DNA of 64,000 bases from a virus: the IMG/VR virus record IMGVR_UViG_3300027861_000010; one strand, 5' to 3'. The notes beneath the pieces are model-generated. The model made no database searches and had not been told where the DNA came from. It saw only the letters and a program-made list of their open reading frames with translations. Below are positions 63,411 through 64,000 of this stretch, one piece after another (the first letter of the stretch is position 1; each line of letters opens with the position of its first letter). A program made the translations under genes and the position numbers.

Positions 63411-63881
63411 ATGCCTTTATGTAGAAAATGTGAAACACCGTTTCCGGTAAAAAAAGAAATAGATGGAAAGGTAAGAAATTTACAAAATAGAAAGTATTGC
63501 CTGACCTGTTCTCCGTTTGGAAGTGGAAACACAAAAAAACTGGAGAAGCCAAAAAAAGAAACTAAAAAGAGAGGCGAGAAATATGCTAAGTGGCAAAAGA
63601 AAGCTCGCAAAGAAAGAAAAGAAAAACTGGTGAACTTGGCAGGCGGCAAGTGTGTCATATGCGGATACAATCGTTGTCATAAAGCTTTAGAGTTTCATCA
63701 TAAAATTGAAGATGAAAAAAATGACAAGAGTTTTGGCATATCACAAAATGGTATGCTCGCAAAATGGAGCAAGCTAACAGAAGAAGTTCAAAAGTGTGTT
63801 TTGCTTTGCAGTAATTGTCATCGTGAAGTACACGAAAATTTACATCCAAAACTTGTAGAAAAATGGAACAACGAAAAATGA
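63411..63881 (+). CDS. HNH homing-endonuclease-like protein with N-terminal Zn ribbon
   Basis: CRKC..YCLTCSP; GGKCVICGY, ALEFHH and KCVLLCSNCHREVH; GGAGG RBS; visibly AT-rich. Confidence 0.85.
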   Translation: MPLCRKCETPFPVKKEIDGKVRNLQNRKYCLTCSPFGSGNTKKLEKPKKETKKRGEKYAKWQKKARKERKEKLVNLAGGKCVICGYNRCHKALEFHHKIEDEKNDKSFGISQNGMLAKWSKLTEEVQKCVLLCSNCHREVHENLHPKLVEKWNNEK

Positions 63882-64000
63882 AAACACCAAGAAGCAGCTT
63901 TGTTCCTTAACACAATTCCGTGTTAAGGGAGTGAAGCAAGATGGGATATCACAGAGCACCGAAGACAACACAAGAGCGACGTGCAAATGGTCGTCGATGT

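Noticed and set aside
1-64000. CRISPR array or TIGR-like array to accompany the RAMP and IS110/Nop-like genes
   Set aside because: No run of regularly spaced repeats with unique spacers was seen in any intergenic gap. An array could lie outside the window.
1-64000. Stop-codon reassignment (alternative genetic code)
   Set aside because: Large conserved genes (polA, sbcC, terL, portal) are uninterrupted in the standard code, and the only tRNA seen is Phe(GAA).

Overview
This is a 64 kb segment of a large (jumbo-type) tailed dsDNA bacteriophage genome. It is densely coding and nearly all genes lie on the + strand. All family assignments come from motifs recognised by eye; no HMM or database search was run. 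Recognisable modules: (1) terminase large subunit, isolated on the - strand at 1.6-3.6 kb; (2) a run of small accessory/early-type ORFs at 3.5-23 kb with RNase H, two 2OG-Fe(II) oxygenases, dCTP deaminase, a SAM methyltransferase-like protein, a stand-alone RNAP alpha-CTD, a GT2 and a thermonuclease; (3) a replication/recombination cluster at 23-43 kb with SbcD/SbcC, SF2 helicase, DnaB-like helicase, primase, family A polymerase with an N-terminal UDG-like domain, dTMP kinase, a putative SSB and RecA; (4) DnaQ-like exonuclease, endonuclease VII and an HhH DNA glycosylase; (5) portal followed by a glycosyltransferase cluster and a tubulin/FtsZ-family GTPase; (6) tRNA-Phe(GAA) and an AT-rich HNH endonuclease. 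A Planctomycetota host is a tentative inference. Strongest leads: a translationally coupled pair of an IS110/Nop-like protein and a minimal stand-alone RAMP (Cas7-like) protein inside the replication cluster, with no CRISPR array, followed by a structured spacer (27363-28878); a 70-bp near-perfect inverted copy of the leader and first 15 codons of the gene upstream of the portal, placed about 40 kb away in the early region (13698-13767 vs 53553-53622); and a 353-bp non-coding element bounded by perfect 66-bp inverted repeats, each carrying a perfect 34-bp palindrome (17978-18330).
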